Below are positions 17,801 to 20,000 of a DNA stretch of 20,000 bases, in pieces. The notes below the pieces were generated by a model, which was not told where the DNA came from, made no database searches, and saw nothing but the letters and a program-made list of their open reading frames with translations. The stretch comes from Catajapyx aquilonaris (taxonomy: Eukaryota), in contig KZ538482.1 of NCBI GenBank assembly GCA_000934665.2, positions 46,893-66,892 on the forward strand, written 5' to 3'. Positions within the stretch are counted from its first letter, which is position 1, and every line of letters begins with the position of its first letter. A program made the position numbers and the translations under genes.

Positions 17801-19088
17801 CCTCTTTTCCCCCCAAACTCCCTACCCCAACCTCTCATCCCTTTGCACTAAAAAAAAAAAGGGCGGTTTTTTAGCCGGTTTTATGCTGACGCCTGCTCCA
17901 ACCACCTTTTCCTGAAGATTTTATCCTAAACAGCATTTTTATTTTTTGGATATTTGAAAAAAAAAAAATTTGGAAGGAAATCAGTAGATGGTGCACGCTG
18001 CTTCTGGCTTCCGAAATATGGCTTCACCGATACAATTTCCGTCCTATTGTGTTAATACAAAATAATTTCGAAAAATAAGCAAGCATAATGGCAACATGAA
18101 TTTTCGGAATACCACGCCAGGTAGTGATCCGAGACCTTTTGACGTCAATTTCACGACTTTCAATGATTTCACGACTTTTAACTCCAATTTCACGACTTTT
18201 GACGCCAATTTCACGACTTTTGACGCTAATTTCACGGAAGTGTAATAATGACAATATTGTACCGGACGATAGTTTGACGTGAAATTGACGTTAAAATAAC
18301 GTCAGGAATCATCTGGATTATGGGACTCAGGTCTACTATATCCGAAGTGTGCCCGGTAAAAATGTATCCCACCAAAAACCTTTCTGTAAAAAAAAAAGGC
18401 CAAGTTCTCCTGACTGCTTGGCCGTCAAAAGTGGTGAGATCTGAAATACGGCCAAGTTCAACGTCGTTGTCAATTACTGGCATTCTCAACTTCTTCAACC
18501 TAATCCGAAGTGTGCCCGGTACTGACCACTTCCTGTGGTACTTGCACATTTTATAACTAACAGTTGAGCGAGTCGTCGCTTTAGCTAAATGTGAATATTA
18601 CTCGATAGCGTAACACTTACAGGTGTTGGAGTAATTATGCTTCATATTAATTACCTACTGAATTTTCTATCAGGCTTTTGGTCCAAATATTTTCCCATGG
18701 TTTCCCTCAAAATTATTACATTATTGTATTATTTCATCCGTGTTAATGCGGCACATTTAACTGTGGTAAAAATAACAAGCCTGTAATATATGGTTTGGTT
18801 TTGGTCTTTTTGGCAGCTGCTGCAGCAGCGTATCCGTCACTGTACGCCCCTGGATACCTGGCGTCGGTAGCGGCTGCGGCGTCCGTGGCGTCGATGGCGT
18901 CCGGAGTCGGCGGCGGAGGCGTCTCCGGGTCCTCTTCGGCGCCCAAGAGGAAGAGACGTCATCGTACCATCTTTACGGAAGAGCAACTGGAACAACTGGA
19001 AGCCACATTTCACAAGACACATTATCCAGACGTGGTTCTTCGGGAGAATCTGGCCCTCAAGGTTGACCTCAAGGAAGAACGGGTCGAG
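14646..19088 (+). CDS. gsc: Goosecoid PRD-class homeobox protein, 3'-partial: join(14646-14847,14909-15358,18817-19088)
   Basis: N-terminal MVET as recalled for Drosophila Gsc; eh1/GEH repression motif SLFSIERIL; homeodomain [48 protein letters not shown], ending at the typical PRD-class intron before VWF; splice phases consistent (1,1,0). Confidence 0.93.
14909..15358 (+). CDS. gsc: gsc coding exon 2 (eh1 motif; Pro/Ser/His-rich)
   Basis: cttcag|(G)RVQEEDSD...[11 protein letters not shown]...SADFL, donor g|gtaagt. Confidence 0.88.
15488..15549. repeat. Perfect inverted repeat, 30-bp arms with a 2-nt spacer
   Basis: gtactataacgataaaaaagattgtcgtgt-ga-acacgacaatcttttttatcgttatagtac. Confidence 0.95.
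15910..15941. repeat. Exact 16-bp tandem duplication
   Basis: gtcgcttgactaggta twice. Confidence 0.9.
17348..17407. other. Assembly gap flanked by poly-C tracts
   Basis: Run of N. Confidence 0.98.
17721..17781. other. Assembly gap flanked by poly-G and poly-C tracts
   Basis: Run of N. Confidence 0.98.
18137..18296. repeat. 21-bp minisatellite (~5 units) plus one inverted unit
   Basis: Consensus ttttgacgccaatttcacgac at 18137-18236 (one unit shortened to 18 bp); inverted unit cgtgaaattgacgttaaaa at 18278-18296. Confidence 0.9.
18817..19088 (+). CDS. gsc: gsc coding exon 3 (homeodomain helices 1-2 and start of helix 3)
   Basis: tggcag|(A)AAAAYPSLY...[14 protein letters not shown]...EERVE|gtcagt. 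Confidence 0.95.
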
Positions 19089-20000
19089 GTCAGTCATTCT
19101 GCTTTCTATAACCATTGTTGCAGGTCATACTCGATTCTTTTTAAAATTAAATTAAACAAAAAAATTATGGATAATGTTTTGAAAAGTGGAGAGTACCAAT
19201 CTGTAATTGCTTCGAATCGGATGTGGGCATCAATCAGTTGCGCTAATTAGTTATTAAAATTGATTTGACGCATTCAATCCGCTTAACCTAACCCATGGAC
19301 ACTAATTTCGCCCCGATAATGTAACTAATTCAGTAACTACTGCAAAATGATGTGGCGCATCAGGGGGTCGGATTTTTCGCGAATTGATGTGTCGTGTATG
19401 GTTCACACAGCCGCTTTTTTTTTTCCTCCCACAATATTAAAATAAAAATTATTCTGCGCTAAAAGTGGCACTGACGTCACAATAATTTCTCACCATTTTG
19501 AATCTGTTTAATTGCAGATTGTGCGTAAGTATGTATATAATTACGCTAAAAAAAAAATACACCGCGCATATAATTAAACATACTCGTAGGCGACGTTGCT
19601 TTCGGATAAATAGTTTATTTAGAAGCTCAGGCAACTGATGCACCAATATTTACACATTTTGGTTATTATTTTTAATGCATAATTCGAGGGGTAAGTAAAC
19701 AAAAGCCGCTCCTGCATTGAAACCGGGCATTGTATACAGTGTGTTTCAGAAATTGTGCAACACGGGACAAAAATGCGATTTTTAAATTTAATTTTTCACA
19801 TATTGAGTGAAATTGACCAAAAAAAAAAATCTGCATTTTACAACCGATATGATTTTTCAATGAAATGAAATCAGATATTTTGGTCTGATTTTTATCATTT
19901 TTTAAATTTCTTTTTCATATCATCATCCGAAGAGGTCATATAAGGTATATATATATAGAGTTCGGAAATGGAAAAGCGGAGGGTAAAATAAAGAGGGGGG

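Noticed and set aside
18024..18254. ORFs with SREIGVK / KVVKLAS repeats
   Set aside because: They are translations of the 21-bp minisatellite.
19396..19416. gta tgg ttc (VWF) as the missing last gsc homeodomain exon
   Set aside because: No AG acceptor precedes it and it continues TQPL rather than KNRRAKW; the true exon is probably beyond the window.

Overview
Eukaryotic, most likely arthropod, genomic DNA with a compact gene layout; all three genes are on the + strand. (1) The last coding exon of Hop/STIP1 (31-103). (2) A complete exportin-1 (XPO1/CRM1/embargoed) gene: 13 GT-AG coding exons from 3530 to 10184, 3213 nt, 1070 aa, with a CCAAT/CRE/ETS-containing promoter near 1390-1705 and a long 3' UTR. 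(3) A goosecoid homeobox gene: three exons from 14646 to 19088, with the final homeodomain exon outside the window. The most unusual non-coding structure is a ~600 bp nested foldback just upstream of gsc (13739-14352), in which three short cassettes recur in shuffled order and orientation between eight copies of a self-complementary GTGGCGCCAC core. Other notable elements are a perfect 30-bp-arm palindrome in gsc intron 2, a candidate H/ACA snoRNA with 5.8S rRNA complementarity in an XPO1 intron, two copies of a small MITE-like element, several minisatellites/duplications and two N gaps flanked by poly-C/G. No prokaryotic features or CRISPR. I cannot confidently claim a new biological system; the findings are hypotheses to test.
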